Shown: positions 27,331 to 41,545, counted from the first letter of the stretch. The stretch is DNA of 64,000 nt from Octopus sinensis (GCF_006345805.1 NC_043003.1:32240001-32304000), one strand, 5' to 3'. Program-made: numbers and translations. Notes: generated by a model from the sequence alone, not told the origin.

Positions 27331-27619
27331 CATACATACATACATACATCCGAAAACGCGTATATATATGCATACAGACATACACATACTTGCGCACACA
27401 TACTGAGACAAAGATACACACACATGTAGATACTGTCAACGTTGGTTATAACTTTCTCGATAATGGGAGAACAGTAAATTTTAATAAAGTATAAACGTCG
27501 TAAACATATTTAGAAATATTATTCTATTGCAGTTTCTGATTTTTTTTTCAAATCTCCAGACATACCATAGATGTAGAATTAGCAAATTATTGATTTCAAT
27601 TACAACTTATCCCCTCCTT

Positions 27620-28145
27620 CGAGCAAGTTTGGGGAAGGAAATAAGTTGATTACATCGAACCCAGTACTGTACTGGTATTTATTTCACCGACCCCGATATG
27701 GATTAAGGGAATAATCGACGGAATAAAGACGAACGAAATATTGCTTTTCAGTTTGTCCGGCACACTGACGATTCTGCCAACTCACCGTCCTAAATTACCA
27801 AAATATCGATAATTCAAAAATTACAATGGTTTAAGGGTTTTTAGAAGTAAAGTTAGCAGTTAGCGCCAGAAACTAAGATCAGTCTGTGAAGTTGGAGAAG
27901 AGAAAAGAAATGAAAGAATGTTGTAAGTAAAAATTGATTTCAAATGTTGACACAAGACCGGTAATTTCTGGGGTAGGGAGCTAGTCGATTACAACGATAG
28001 TGTTCATCTGGTACTACATTTGTCAATCCTGAAAGGTTAAAAGGCAAAGTCGACCTCAGCGGAACTTGAACAGCACATAAAAACAGACGGAAGACCGCTG
28101 GGCATCTTGCCCGGTGTGGTAACGATTCAGCCAGCTCACCGCCTT
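27620..28145 (-). mobile_element. Two degenerate Nin-like SINEs
   Basis: Same consensus as 38177-38412. Confidence 0.65.
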
Positions 28146-29029
28146 ATCTTTAAACGCAGCACCCTATATGAGAATCGAAATTTTCAGTTATCGTGAGTTC
28201 AATACCGTGATCACTAGCCCATACGCTCACATAGTACTAAGTAAAATATTGAGATAAGTGTGCGTTTTACCGTGTTCAGTTATGCAGCACGAACTTAATT
28301 GGTTAACATCTTCGAAATGATAAATGCATGAGATGATCAGTAAATGCATTTGGAGCTATAGGAAATATTCTGTCTCACTTTACTTGTCACTTCAAGTGAC
28401 CGTTTTAGTAAATTCTCTGTTCCGCGCCAACCAATATACTCTGTACTTACTCCTCAAAACATCGGCCTTCTGGAATCTTCTCTCGCCTTGTGACTTTATT
28501 GCAGGTATTAATCAGTAATACGTTAAACGGAACATTATCGGTACCAATTGTCCGGTCTCCGAGAGCTTGCAAAGTCATGGGCACTGGAAATGGCCCCAGA
28601 TTGAGCAACTAAAAGAGTGTATGAATTAATCTAAAGTCGTTAATTCAGATAACTATATTCATTTAATTAATTATATCATCCGAATTATTCCGTGAAATTT
28701 TTAATTGTTAAATAAAGAGCCATAATAGTGACGTCAATTACTAAATTTTGAGATCAACACATATTCGTTAGTTTTTACTGTCTTAATCAAAACAATATAT
28801 CATACTAACTTTGTCGTCCAAACTCTGTTTCTTCATTCATTTATGTATACAATAGAACAGATAATTAGATGCTTAACAGGAAACGTAAAACCTAAAAGAA
28901 TACGAATTATTCTGAAGTGACTGCTCTGAAAATTAATAGTATAGACAATACTATGCGGAAAATAAGTATCCACATGAACATTGACACCTTGAATTAAGGG
29001 TCTTAGACAAATTAATAGGCATAAAAAAA

Positions 29030-29452
29030 GTGCCTATTTCTTTACTACCCACAAGAGGCTAAACACAGAGAGGACAAACAAGGATATACAAACGAATTAA
29101 GTCGATTATATCGACCCATAGTGCGTAACTGGTACTTATTTAATTGACTCCGAAAGAATGAAAGGCAAAGAGGACCTCGGCGGAATTTGAACTCAGAAGG
29201 TAAAGACAGACGAAATACCTATTTCTTTACTACTCGCAAGGGGCTAAACACAGAGAGGACAAACAAGGACAGGCAAACGGATTAAGTCGATTACATCGAC
29301 CCCAGTGCGTAACTGGTGCTTATTTAATCGACCCCGAAAGGATGAACGGCAAAGTCGACCTCGGCGGAATTTGAACTCAGGACATAGCGGCAGACGAAAT
29401 ACCACTAAGCATTTCGCCCGGCGTGCTAACGATTCAGCCAGATCGCTGCCTT
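29030..29452 (-). mobile_element. Nin-like SINE with tandemly duplicated body
   Basis: One head plus two ~180-bp units bounded by CCTATTTCTTTACTAC. Confidence 0.85.
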
Positions 29453-30519
29453 GGCATAAAAAGTACCACTCCTCTATTATTCTCCCTGTAGTTTTGAAAC
29501 TTTTAACAGATTATCTCATTGGTTCACTCTTTGTTTCGAATATTTTTACCGGCTCTCTCTAACTGTACGCAACCAAATGCTTTTACCTTTTTACCTTTTT
29601 CGCTTCTTATTTTCTCTTATTTTCCACTATTCCCTGTCGTATTAATTTCAATAAATTTCGTTAATTTTTCTTCGTTACCTTTTCTGTTACTTAAGAGGGC
29701 GCGAAGAAATTTGACAGTGGGGCATATACACACACACACACGCACACACACACACACACGCACACACACACACACACAACACACACACACACACACACAA
29801 AACACACACACACACATACCTGACATAATTCACTGGTAGGAGTCTCAAATTCTAGTTGCCGCGTATCCAGTTATATCAGGCTTTCTATATTCGTATAACA
29901 GGACTGTGTTGAGTCCCATTAGTTGAGTGATTATAAATATACATTTATGCATATGAAAAAAATATGTTTGCATGTATGCGCGCACGTATGTATATCTGTG
30001 AAATAAGAAATATACATAACTTTAACGAACATACGGATGTACATAAAATCAATATATTACCCGGATACTTTCCGATTTTCAGTTTGCTCTTAACCTATTT
30101 GTCAGTCATTCAAAAACACGCTGTTTTCTCTTAATTGACTAAAAACATTGCTTTAACTGTCAGGTTAGCATAAAATAACGAAAGCTATTTAAAGATTTAT
30201 ATATTAGCGGCAAATCTACAAATATATAGTACACAAATAGGCTTTCCATTTCGAACTGTACTTTCCACGCATTTTAATCCAATTCCCAACGGGTTTACAC
30301 GGGATTTCTTAAAGGCAATGTAGACTTCATATAATCAAGGTATCGCTGGCCAGAACAGTAGCTTACGGTCTACTCCTCGATCGGATAATTTATTACTTCC
30401 AAGGTGCCGGTAACAATGAAACATATGTAACATGGATTTTATCTGCTCAATTCCCTACATTTTTACATATATAGGATCTACCCTGAAAGAAGGGTAGACA
30501 CTTTATCCATAAGCAGAGA

Positions 30520-31235
30520 GATTTTTCAGGGAGAAGCACTGTCAACTGTGCCTTTCTCTGATTCCGCGAACAGACTTGTTAAACAAAACTACGATGGGTT
30601 ACAGGTTCTGTGGACAAAAAATAAACTAACTCCTGTACATGGATGACCTAAATCTTTTCACTAAAATCACCATGGAACAAAGGGACTTTATCAAAATTGT
30701 CCATACTTTTAGCAAGAACACCAGAATGAGCATGGGGCTGGACAAATGTGTCGAAGTCACATTGAGAAGAGGCAAATTAATCAGTACTGAAAACACTGCA
30801 GAAATTAGAGGATTAGATCACAACCGCATCTACAAATATCTAGGAATAGATGAAACAACTAAAATACAAGACAGAATTGAAAGAGAAAATTAGGAAAGAG
30901 TATTACAGAAGAGTTAGACTTATATCAAACACTGAACTAAAGATAAGATAATAGGGATAAACACGCTAACCATACCTGTCATAAATTACAGCTTTAACAT
31001 AATAAACTGGAAGATCAGTGAAGTGAGAAACCTAGATAGAAGAACCAGGAAATGACTAACAGCGTACCGAAGTCACAACTCGAAAGCAGATGCAGATAGA
31101 ATACATCCACTCCGCTCAGAAGTAGACCGTGGCCTGATACAGACAGAAAACTACTATAAAATAACAGCAGTTGGACTAGGAAAATACTTAGAAACAAAGT
31201 GTAGAAGACTACTGCATGTAACCAAGACCACAAAA
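30520..31235 (+). pseudogene. Degenerate R4/Dong-type RT fragment
   Basis: IFQGEALS, YMDDLNLF, GLDKC, YKYLGI, INTLTIPVINYSFNIINW. Confidence 0.8.
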
Positions 31236-31239
31236 ATGA

Positions 31240-31915
31240 AAATTTACCAGGCATTTGTACTTAGCACTCTACTGTATGGCAGTTAGACCTGGACGCCATA
31301 CACACGCCAATTACGTCACCTAATATCTTTCACCTGCACTGCCTCCGGAAAATCCTTGGCATCAAATAGCAGGATCGTGTCCCCAACAAAGATGTCCTCA
31401 AGCAGGGAGGAATACCACGCACGTTTCCACTCCTCACACAAAGACGTATGAGATGGCTTGGACATATTAGTCGTATGGAAGATGGCAGAACCCCCAAGGA
31501 CATACTCTACGGAGAACTGGCAAAGGACAGTAAGTCTATTGGATGACCGTTCCTGCGGTACAGGGATGTTTGCAAAAGGGTCATGAAAGCATGCGACATC
31601 AATATTAGCAACTGGGGAGAGGGTGCCAGCAACCGTTGAGATTGGAGACGCACCATAGAAGAGGGAACACAAAAGAGTGACAGAGAGAGAGAGAGAAGAA
31701 ATGGAAAGACAAGAAAAGACAACAAGAAACTATGATATTACTACCAGGCAGGCAAAGTCTTCGCTACATCTGCGTTACCTGCCAGATGGAGTGCTTATCC
31801 AGGATAGAACTACATAGTCACAGCAGGAGATGTAAATGACATGAAATGTAAAAACCAGACTGGATTATTTTATGCGCAACTCCATTGTCTCCCGAGATAA
31901 AAGGATGTCAACAAT
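31240..31915 (+). mobile_element. RTE (BovB-like) LINE 3' fragment
   Basis: YQAFVLSTLLYGS*TWT, FHLHCLRKILGIK, MRWLGHISRMEDGRTPKDILYGEL, C-terminal CxxC..HSHSRRC. Confidence 0.85.
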
Positions 31916-31916
31916 A

Positions 31917-33700
31917 ATTCTTTCTACCTTAAGCACAAGGCCTGAAATTTGGAAAGGGGAATAGTCGATTACATCAACCTCAGTACTCAACTAGTACAAA
32001 ATTTGTGGACCCCGTAAAGATGAAAGACAAAGTCGACTTTGGGGGAATTTGAATTTAGAACGTAAAACAGAAAAAAATCCCCCTAAGCATTCCGCCCGGC
32101 GTACTCAATGATTCTGCAAGGATGAAAGGCGTCAAGCTGGCAGAATATTTAAGTCATCCTTAGCGGAATTTGAACTCAGGGCGTAACAGCAGACGAAATA
32201 CCTATTTCTCTACTACCCACAAGGAGCGAAACACAGAGAGGACAAACAAGGACAGACAAACAGATTAAGTCGATTATATTGACCCCAGTAAGTAACTGGT
32301 ACTTAATTTATCGACCCCGAAGGATGAAAGGCAAAGTCGACCTCGGCGGAATTTGAAATCAGAACGTAGCGACAGATGAAATACCTATTTCTTTATTACC
32401 AACAAGGGCCTAAACATAGAGGGGACAAACAAGGACAGACATAGGTATTAAGTCGATTACATTGACCCCAGTGCGTAACTGGTACTTAATTTATCGACCC
32501 CGAAGTATAAAAGGCAAAGTCGACCTCGGCGGAATTTGAACTCAGAACGTAACGATAGACGAAATACCACTAAGCATTTCGCCCGACTTGCTAACGATTC
32601 GGCCACCTCACAGGCTTAATGATGACAATAATAATGATAATAAAAACGTGATGAATCCGCGGAAGAATTAGCACACCGATCAAAAATGCTTAGTAACATG
32701 CCGTCTGCTCTTACACTCTGGGCTCAAATTCCGCAAAATGTCGACTCTTCATCCGTTCTGTGTCGATAAAATAAAGCACCAGTTGAGCATTGAAATTGAT
32801 TTAATCGACTAGCTCCTCACTCACAAAGTTCTGGCTTTGTACCTAATTATTATTAATATGATTATCATTATGAAGGTGGTGAGACGGTGGATCCGTTAGT
32901 CAAATATTCAAAGTGTTTGGTCAAAATACTTGGCAGTATTCCGTCCGACTTTACGTTCGGAGCTGAAACGTACCATGGTCGATTTTGCATTTGATATTAC
33001 CAGTAACGATAAAATATATACCATTCAAATAATGTTGTCGATGTAATCCAGTTCACTGTCCCTCAAATACTGCTGGCCTTGTGCCAAAATTTGAACCCAT
33101 TATAGTTATTGTTAAGGCGGGAAAGCTGGCAGAAACGTTAGCGTGCCGGACGAAATCCTCAGCGGTATTTCGTCTGTCGATACATTCTGAGTTCAAATTC
33201 CACCGAGGTCGACTAAGCCTTTCATCCTTTCGGAGTCGATAAATTAAGTACCAGTTACGCACTGGGATCGATGTAATCGACTCAATACCTATGTCTGTCC
33301 TTGTTTCCCCCTCTATGTTTAGCCCCTTGTGGGTAATAAAGAAATATGTATTTCGTCCGCCGCTACGTTCTCCGTTCACATTCCGCCGAGGTCAACTTGC
33401 CTTTCACCCTGTTGTGGTCGATAAATTAAGTACTAGTTACATACTGAGGTGGATATAATCGACTTAATCTGTTTGTCTGTCCTTGTTTGTCCCCTGTGTG
33501 TAGCCTCTTGCAGGCAGTAAAGAAATAAATTATTTAGCACGTTGGACAACATACTTAGGGACGTTTCTTCCTGATTTACCTTCTGAGATCAAATACCACC
33601 GAAGCCGACTTTTCGCTTCATTCTTTCGAGATTGATGGAATCGACTAGTGCACACCTTCCGACTAAACTTCACGTTTTGGTGTTATAGAAGAAATTATTA
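31917..33700. mobile_element. Dense cluster of Nin-like SINEs in both orientations
   Basis: About 8 bodies containing CTGAGTTCAAATTCCGCCGAGGTCGAC variants; minus strand 31917-32620 and ~33050, plus strand 32650-33700. Confidence 0.85.
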
Positions 33701-34274
33701 TTGTTGTCATTTTTGTTACTGTTGCTGTTTTGTTTCTGTATTTTATGTATTTTTGTTGTTGTTTTGGCTTGCATGTTGTGATGCAAGAACATTTAAAACC
33801 TAATAGCCATTGTAGATTCGTTTCTGTTTCCTTTTCTTAGATGACGTTTTATTGCTCAACCAACCCTACGAATATCTGTAACGATATGTATTTCAGCCAT
33901 TGCCATTTCATGTTTCCAGGTTTGTGCGGGTTATATAATATATCACACCGCATTTCTTCTTAACAATGAAGCATGTGACAGGTGTAAGTGTTGACCGTTA
34001 ATTTTAGCAAATCGAACGGAGTCGTAATGGTCTGATGGATTGTTGTTATAAATAGATGTCAGTTCAGTTTAATGCCATTGCTGGAACTTTCAATACCATT
34101 AGTGGTATCCACTCAGAGGCAAAAAAAAACGCTATCTGATAATTAATTGCTCATTTCCACGAAACTGAAGCAGTGAAAATTAGTCATGGTCATTTATATG
34201 ACTGCTCCGACAACCATTGAAATTATGACGATAAATAAAACACAATTCAAAAAGAAAGTGAATGGACATGTACA

Positions 34275-34317
<43 letters not shown>

Positions 34318-34519
34318 ACACACTAACAAACACGCCCGCACACACACATAATACATACATGAATATGTATTAACAACGATAAAATCCCGCGTCAAAAGAT
34401 CCATTTACTTGAATCATATGACTTGAATTTATGTGAGCGCTTATTGAATTATTGCATGTCAAAACTTCACAGTATTGTAACGGGCGCTGGTGTAGAATAG
34501 TTTGCGGAGAAATGATGAT

Positions 34520-34906
34520 TCATGATGTATGTATGTATGCATGTGTGACCATGTATGGATATAAATATGTATTTATGGATGCATATATATATATATACAT
34601 ATATATATATCTCTCTCTATATATATACACATATATATATACATATGTATATACATGTATATATATATATATGTTTATATATATGCATATATATTTACAT
34701 AAATACATATATATATATATACATATATATATGTAAATATATATGCATATATATAAACATATATATATATACATGTATATATATATGTATATATATATAT
34801 ATATTATATATATATATATATACATATGTATATACATGTATATATATATATGTTTATATATATATGCATATATATATACATACATATATATATACATATA
34901 TATATA

Positions 34907-34955
<49 letters not shown>

Positions 34956-34976
34956 TATACATATGTGTATATATAT

Positions 34977-35021
<45 letters not shown>

Positions 35022-35613
35022 TGTGTATGTGTGTATATATATATATTTTAAAGGAAAAATTCAATATATATGTATAGATATATGTATGTGTGTGTCTGCA
35101 CATTTATTACAATTTGTTTCGCCGTCATAAGAAAAAAAACCCATGAACCTAAAAACAGGAACTTGAAACTAGTTTACGATATAGTAGACTAAAATATATT
35201 TATTGATTCCTAAGCTCACAATCATGTGAGTGTTTCGCTCACTACTGCCTTTTGAAGGCACCCATTAAAAATATAGCTAACTGGGTGTACCAACATATGG
35301 AAATGAATAAACTGCGTGTTAAAGCGTAATGGTCTATGTAATGTTTGGTGTAGCATTTATGGGGAAATTTGTTAGTAACGTTGAATTTATAAACATATCA
35401 ACATTCGCTACTTTTAGAATTTCGCTTTTTGACATATAATGTAGATTAAAGGAAATATTTCGATGTATCGCGGTCAACCAACATCTAGAAGTTGAAATTA
35501 TTAAAGAGAGCACAAAAATTGACTTAAAATTGACTTATTCAATTGTGCCAGGTGGTGCAATTACAGTAGACATTGCCTGGGCCAATTTTGGGTGAACCAT
35601 ATATGTATGTATG

Positions 35614-35668
<55 letters not shown>

Positions 35669-35704
35669 ATATATATATATATATATATAGATAGATAGAT
35701 AGAT

Positions 35705-35758
<54 letters not shown>

Positions 35759-35763
35759 CGATG

Positions 35764-35848
<85 letters not shown>

Positions 35849-35853
35849 CGATG

Positions 35854-35900
<47 letters not shown>
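34520..35900. repeat. Long degenerate (TA)n tract and (TA)n(GATA)n tract
   Basis: 34520-35100 and 35600-35900; read directly. Confidence 0.95.
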
Positions 35901-35902
<2 letters not shown>

Positions 35903-35947
35903 AACTTGGAAAAGGATGCATGGCGCTCGATCATATACTAATATAAA

Positions 35948-36460
35948 TCTATATATATAAAACTGTAGTTGTGTGAGTGTCTGTCCCCTTCGATTTAGAT
36001 TCCTAACTACTCCCACATTTTGCGGTGCAGTTTAACCAAATTCGGGTATCTCATAGTCGTGATTCATATCGAGCCCGTCTGAGTATTAGCGCGTGTCTAC
36101 GATGAGTCTACGATTTTAAAAATAATTTAACATCATTTTTTATTCCATTTTAATGCATAATTTTTCGTGTGTCGATGGCGGCGGAGTTGGCGTCCACGGT
36201 CACACCTGCACCTGTTTGCTTCTCCCCCTTCTTCCCTCCCCCGTGAAGCTGTGGGGAAGGAAGTGTAAGGAAATCAACGTCGTAAAGCGTTGTCAAGGAG
36301 ACCAGCGTTCTTTTAGAACAACGACTTCATGGCTTGAAGACACCAAAACAGAAATGGCTAAGAAAGCCCGAATTGGCATCTATAAGGGAAGTAACTCTCT
36401 AAAAATGCTTATATAGTTATTTCCCTTACAAACCCGAGCAACGCCGGGCGATACTGCTAG
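35948..36460 (+). mobile_element. Non-autonomous Helitron, copy 1
   Basis: A|TCTATATAT 5' end; subterminal hairpin CCCGAGCAACGCCGGG; 3' CTAG|T; no TSD. Confidence 0.85.
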
Positions 36461-36843
36461 TCTTTATATATAAAAGTGAAGTTGTGTGTCTGTCTCCTAC
36501 GATTTAGATTCCTAACTACTCCCACATTTTGCGGTGCAGTTTAACCAAAACCGGGTATCTTATAGTCGTGATTCATATCGAGCCCTTCTGGGTATTAGCG
36601 CACGTCTACGATGAGTCTACAATTTAAAAAAAATTTACCATCATTTTTTTCATTCTAATGCATTTTTCGCTATTATATAATGGAAGTAACTCTCTAAAAA
36701 TGTCTACGATGAGTCAACGATTTAAAAAAAAAATTACCATAATTTTTTTCCATTTATTTGCTATTTTTTGGCTATAACTCTCTAAAAATGCTTATATAGT
36801 TATTTCCCTTACAAACCCGAGCAACGCCGGGCGATACTGCTAG
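36461..36843 (+). mobile_element. Non-autonomous Helitron, copy 2 (head-to-tail with copy 1)
   Basis: TC start, same hairpin, CTAG|T end; internal duplication of TCTACGATGAGTC block. Confidence 0.85.
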
Positions 36844-37389
36844 TAATATATAAATATATGCATATATACATACCTAGATACATATGTATATATACATGCA
36901 TATATAGGTACAGGACTTCAAAAAAAAAAAACGTTGAATACAATGAGAAACGAAAACATAAAAATAAAAACATAGAAACGAACTTTTTTCAAACACCGAA
37001 AAAAACAGTTCCGTTTTTTTGCACTCATAAAGCATTACATGCCTCAAATGTTCTTTGCATACATTCATGTTAGAAAGGGTTTTAATGAAAGAAATTGTAA
37101 TTCTATTATTCCGTAAAATAATATTTAATTAGTTTGAATGTATACAAATGGATAATAATAATTTTTTAATTCCATTAGACGTTCTAAAGTACTATTCAAT
37201 TTCATTCAATTTTAAAAAAGGTAAAATCGGACAGAACTTATGGGATGATCATTATAAAGGGTGAAAACTAATATACAGAAAAAATATATAAAGCAATAAA
37301 ATATATATAAGAAATGTTAAGACATATGAAAGGCTTGTACGTGTACATAATGTAAAACGTAGGTTCCATATGTGATCTTAGGGGGTACA

Positions 37390-37740
37390 CAGGCAACAAA
37401 TCTGGGACCCCACGACCAGGAAAATTCTCGTAAGCAGACACTTAAACCAATGCTCCGTAAACATAAACCCGGAATACCAAATTTTCCCCTTCAATCACTG
37501 CACTGGAAACACTTCATTCCAATTCCGATTGAATAATGAAAGCATACTCATTAAAAATATAAATCACCGCTGAATATCCTTTAGAAAGGAGGAAAAAACA
37601 CTAAAATTTCTTTGGCAGTTCGTATGTTTCGGCTCTGAAGTTGAAAGCTTTGGAGTAGAGGTTCCTATATTTTCAGTCGATAAATTGATAAAGTTGAACC
37701 ACGTTCACACCCCAATGCATATCTGAAACAGCTGTATAAT
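37390..37740 (+). mobile_element. PLE 3' fragment (GIY-YIG C-terminus and decayed hammerhead)
   Basis: QQIWDPTTRKILVSRHLNQCS..YQIFPF..RLNNESILI; downstream TTGATAA..GAAA-CAGCTG-TA. Confidence 0.5.
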
Positions 37741-38176
37741 AAATAAATAAATGAATAAATAAATAAATAAATGAATCTAAATAGTAAATTATTTCTGTCC
37801 TTTTTCATGTACTTCTCTATAAAAACGTACTGTCTTCACAGAATAACACAACCGTGGATTTACAAATTCGACAGATGACAAACTTCGATTTCGGATTCTC
37901 CGAAGTACAATATCGATCACAAGAATTGTATGCTAACCTGTTGTATCTTTCAGGTATGACGTGTATACCCACGTCTGCGGTAAAATGATATTACATAAAT
38001 AAATAGTTTGTTGTAGTTACCTTAAAATAACCTCTCGTAGAAATATATGTTAACACACAACGCACTCCGTAGTACTCGAATGTAGGTACGATACTCGGTA
38101 TTCACTGTTCAACTACCGATTGTTAAACCAACACACGTCGAACTGACACGATTCACCAACACATATCGAACTAATA

Positions 38177-38412
38177 CCTATTTCGTTACTACCTACAAGG
38201 GGCTAAACACAGAGAGGACAAACAAGGACAGACAAACGGATTAAGTCGATTATATCGACCCCAGTGCGTAACTGGTACTTATTTAATCGACCTCGAAAGG
38301 ATGAAAGGCAAAGTCGACCTCGGTGAAATTTGAACTCAGAACGTAACGGCCGACGAAATACCGCTAAGCATTTCGCCCGGCGCGCTAACGTTTCTGCCAG
38401 CTCGCCGCCTTA
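38177..38412 (-). mobile_element. Well-preserved Nin-like tRNA SINE
   Basis: Full head and body; 16-bp TSD ATATCGAACTAATACC. Confidence 0.9.
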
Positions 38413-38702
38413 TATCGAACTAATACCGTCAACGGTATTGACAGATCACTCAGTTCTTATTTATTATAATCGGTTTGTCCATCTTTAGTCACATGGGGGT
38501 GTTCAGGATGCTCGCATAACACGTTTATCTACTACAGAAAGCTCAAGAATTATTTCCCCTGGATTACTGATCCACTATTAATCCCACTTCGTTTATACAC
38601 ACACACACACACTCACACACACACACACACATACATACATACATACATACATACATACATAATACATACATACATACATACATACATACATACATACATA
38701 CA

Positions 38703-38733
<31 letters not shown>

Positions 38734-38791
38734 CACGGAGATGTACTTGCGTAGTAATTAACTTGATCTGGCATCGTGTGCTGAAACAAAA

Positions 38792-39055
38792 ACAATTGCA
38801 GCGTAGAAGGTGTTTATAAGACATTTGAAAACACAAAAAGCGTTAGATTCACTTCAAGATTTAAATTTTATTTGTTAAAATACTTTTGCAGCTTTCAAAC
38901 CGCGACCTTTTTTTACTGACACGGAATTTTATGAGTGAACAGGTCGCGGTTTCAAAGCGACGAAAATATTTTGAAAAATTAAATTTAAATGTTGAAGTGA
39001 ATCTAACGGTTTTTATGTGTTTGTAAATGGTTTATAAACATCTTCCACGCTGCAA

Positions 39056-39059
<4 letters not shown>
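38792..39059. mobile_element. Miniature palindromic element with outward-facing hammerhead-like motifs
   Basis: ~130-bp diverged inverted arms with almost no spacer; right end abuts (TA)n; GTGAACA-G-GTCGC..GCGAC-GAAA-ATAT-TT at 38935-38971. Confidence 0.7.
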
Positions 39060-39119
<60 letters not shown>

Positions 39120-39290
39120 TATATATACATATAAATAAATAAATATATATACATGTACATGATTCACCGTCAAATGTGGCAAAGGGTGCAGGGAATACCA
39201 CCATTGCTATAAAAGTCAAAAACGCTTTAACCACAAAAACGCATTTTCTATTTCAAACAGTATTAGCTGATATTTTATATTTAACTTAAA

Positions 39291-39900
39291 TCGGCGAGCT
39301 GGCAGAAACGTTAGCACGCCGGGCGAAATGCTTAGCGGTATTTCGTCTGCCGCTACGCTCTGAGTTCAAATTCCGCCGAGGTCGATTTTGCTTTTCATCC
39401 TTTCGGGGTCGATCAAATAAGTACCAGTTACGTACTGGGGTCGATATAATCGACTTAATCTGTTTGTCTGCCCTTGTTTGTCCTCTCTATGTTTAGCCGC
39501 TTGTGGGTAGTAAAGAAATAGGTATTTCGTCTGCCGATACATTCTGAGTTCAAATTCCGCCGAGGTCGACTTTGCCTTTCATTCTTTCTGGGTCGATACA
39601 TTAAATACCAGTTACGCTCCGGGGTCGATGTAATTGACTTAATCCCTTCGTCTGTCCTGGTTTGTCGCCTCTATGTTTAGCCCCTTGTGGGCAATAAAGA
39701 AATAAGAAACGTTAGCACGCTGGCGAAATGCTTAGCGGAATTTCGTCTGTCTTTACGTTTTGAGTTCAAATTCCGCCGAGATCGACTTTGCCTTTCCTCT
39801 TTTCGAGGTCTATATATTAAGTATCAGTTGAGTACTGGTGTCGATCTATTTGACTGGGCCCCTCCCCCAAAATTTCGGGCCTTCTGCCTAGAGTAGAAAA
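39291..39900 (+). mobile_element. Nin-like SINE multimer (three bodies)
   Basis: Repeated ATTTCGTCTG..GAGTTCAAATTCCGCCGAG units at ~39340, 39524 and 39740. Another single copy lies at 41203-41412. Confidence 0.88.
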
Positions 39901-41465
39901 GGATATTTATCTTGAAAGGTTAGCAAAACGAGAAAGGCTACACAGAAACATCATTACTACTCTCCAATATAAGCGAAACTGGAAAAATTTCCGACGCTGC
40001 TAGTTACCGATAAGGTTTCTTTTGAGTGATTCGAGCTGCGTGTCATATCTCTCCATATACGACCTTGTGCGTATTAAAAAAGTGGGACTATGGAGACTGT
40101 GATATCGTATGCTGTAGAAATACAAGAAACACAGCTACAATATGAGCTCCAAGTCGCTTACCGGATTCATTTGCTAATTATGATTTAGGCAATAAACACA
40201 TACTCTATTTTGAATTATAAATGATACGTATATTTATTAATTCTATCGGCTTTTCATGAAGATAGAATTTTTACAAGTATTTTGTTCCTTTTTATAAGTA
40301 TAAATGCTTGGATGTATTTTTTAAAACACTTTTCTCGGTTTTGCTTTACTTGTAATTATTTTTAAATCACATTCTCATTCAGTCAGACAAATATCTGTAC
40401 ACATTTACTTCGTAATATAAAAAAGTAAAATTCAAACACGAAGAGAAGATACCAAAAAATCGATATTAGTAAATTGCAAAATTAATTACCTAAGTCTAAC
40501 AAAATAGGTAAAAAAAAAATAAAACACAATGTAAATAACTATTCGTTGCAGAAATCTGAAATGCGTTAGATTTCTAAACAAACGGCAATGCAGGAATCAA
40601 TATTGAAAGTCTGAGAACTGTGAAAATACGTTAAGTGAAAATGGACACAATGCTGTTAAGACGGGAATAACGTTATACATTTAAAGCTTAGACTTTTTAA
40701 GAGGCTGCTCGGAGATTTTGTGTTTTTAATCTTCACGTGATTGGCCAAATGAAATGAGCATTTCTATTTTATCTAAATAACACAATACACAGTGTAGTGA
40801 AGGCATGGCTGTGTGATTAAGACGCTGCTATCTTAACCACGTACTTTGGGGCTCAGTCCTGCTGCATGGCACCTTGGGAGAGTGTTCCATATTCTAGCAC
40901 CGAACCGACAAATTTCTTGGTAGACTAACCGAAGGCCTGGCAAATTATATTTGCTTAAGGAAGCGAAGAGAAACAAAAACCAGCTGTCAAGCGGGGAGAG
41001 CGATAATAACAAGATATATAGACACATATACACACACTCACGCTTGTATATAACAATGACGAACTTCTGCATAGTTTCCGACTATGAAACTCAGACACAA
41101 CACGTCGAACGGCCGGAACCATAGTGGAAAGCATTGGCCCAATGTGCCGCGACTCGAGAATGTGTGCCTTCAAAGCGTGCTTCTATTATGTATGTATCTA
41201 TAAGGCGGTGAGCTGTCAGAAACTTTAGCACGCCGGGCGAAATGCTTAGTATTTCGTCTGTCTTACGTTCTGAGTTCAAATTCCGCCGAGGTCGACTTTG
41301 CTTTCCATCCTTTCGGGGTCTATAAATTAAATACCAGTTGCGTATTGTGGTCGATTTAATCGACCGGCTCCCTCCCCAAAAGTTTCAGTCCTTGTGTCTA
41401 GAGTAGAAAAGAATATGTATGGATGGATAGATATATATATATGTGTATATATATATATATATGTG

Positions 41466-41545
<80 letters not shown>

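Noticed and set aside
30415-30435. GAAACATATGTA, resembling a hammerhead 3' half
   Set aside because: No upstream CUGANGA-like core or stem I.
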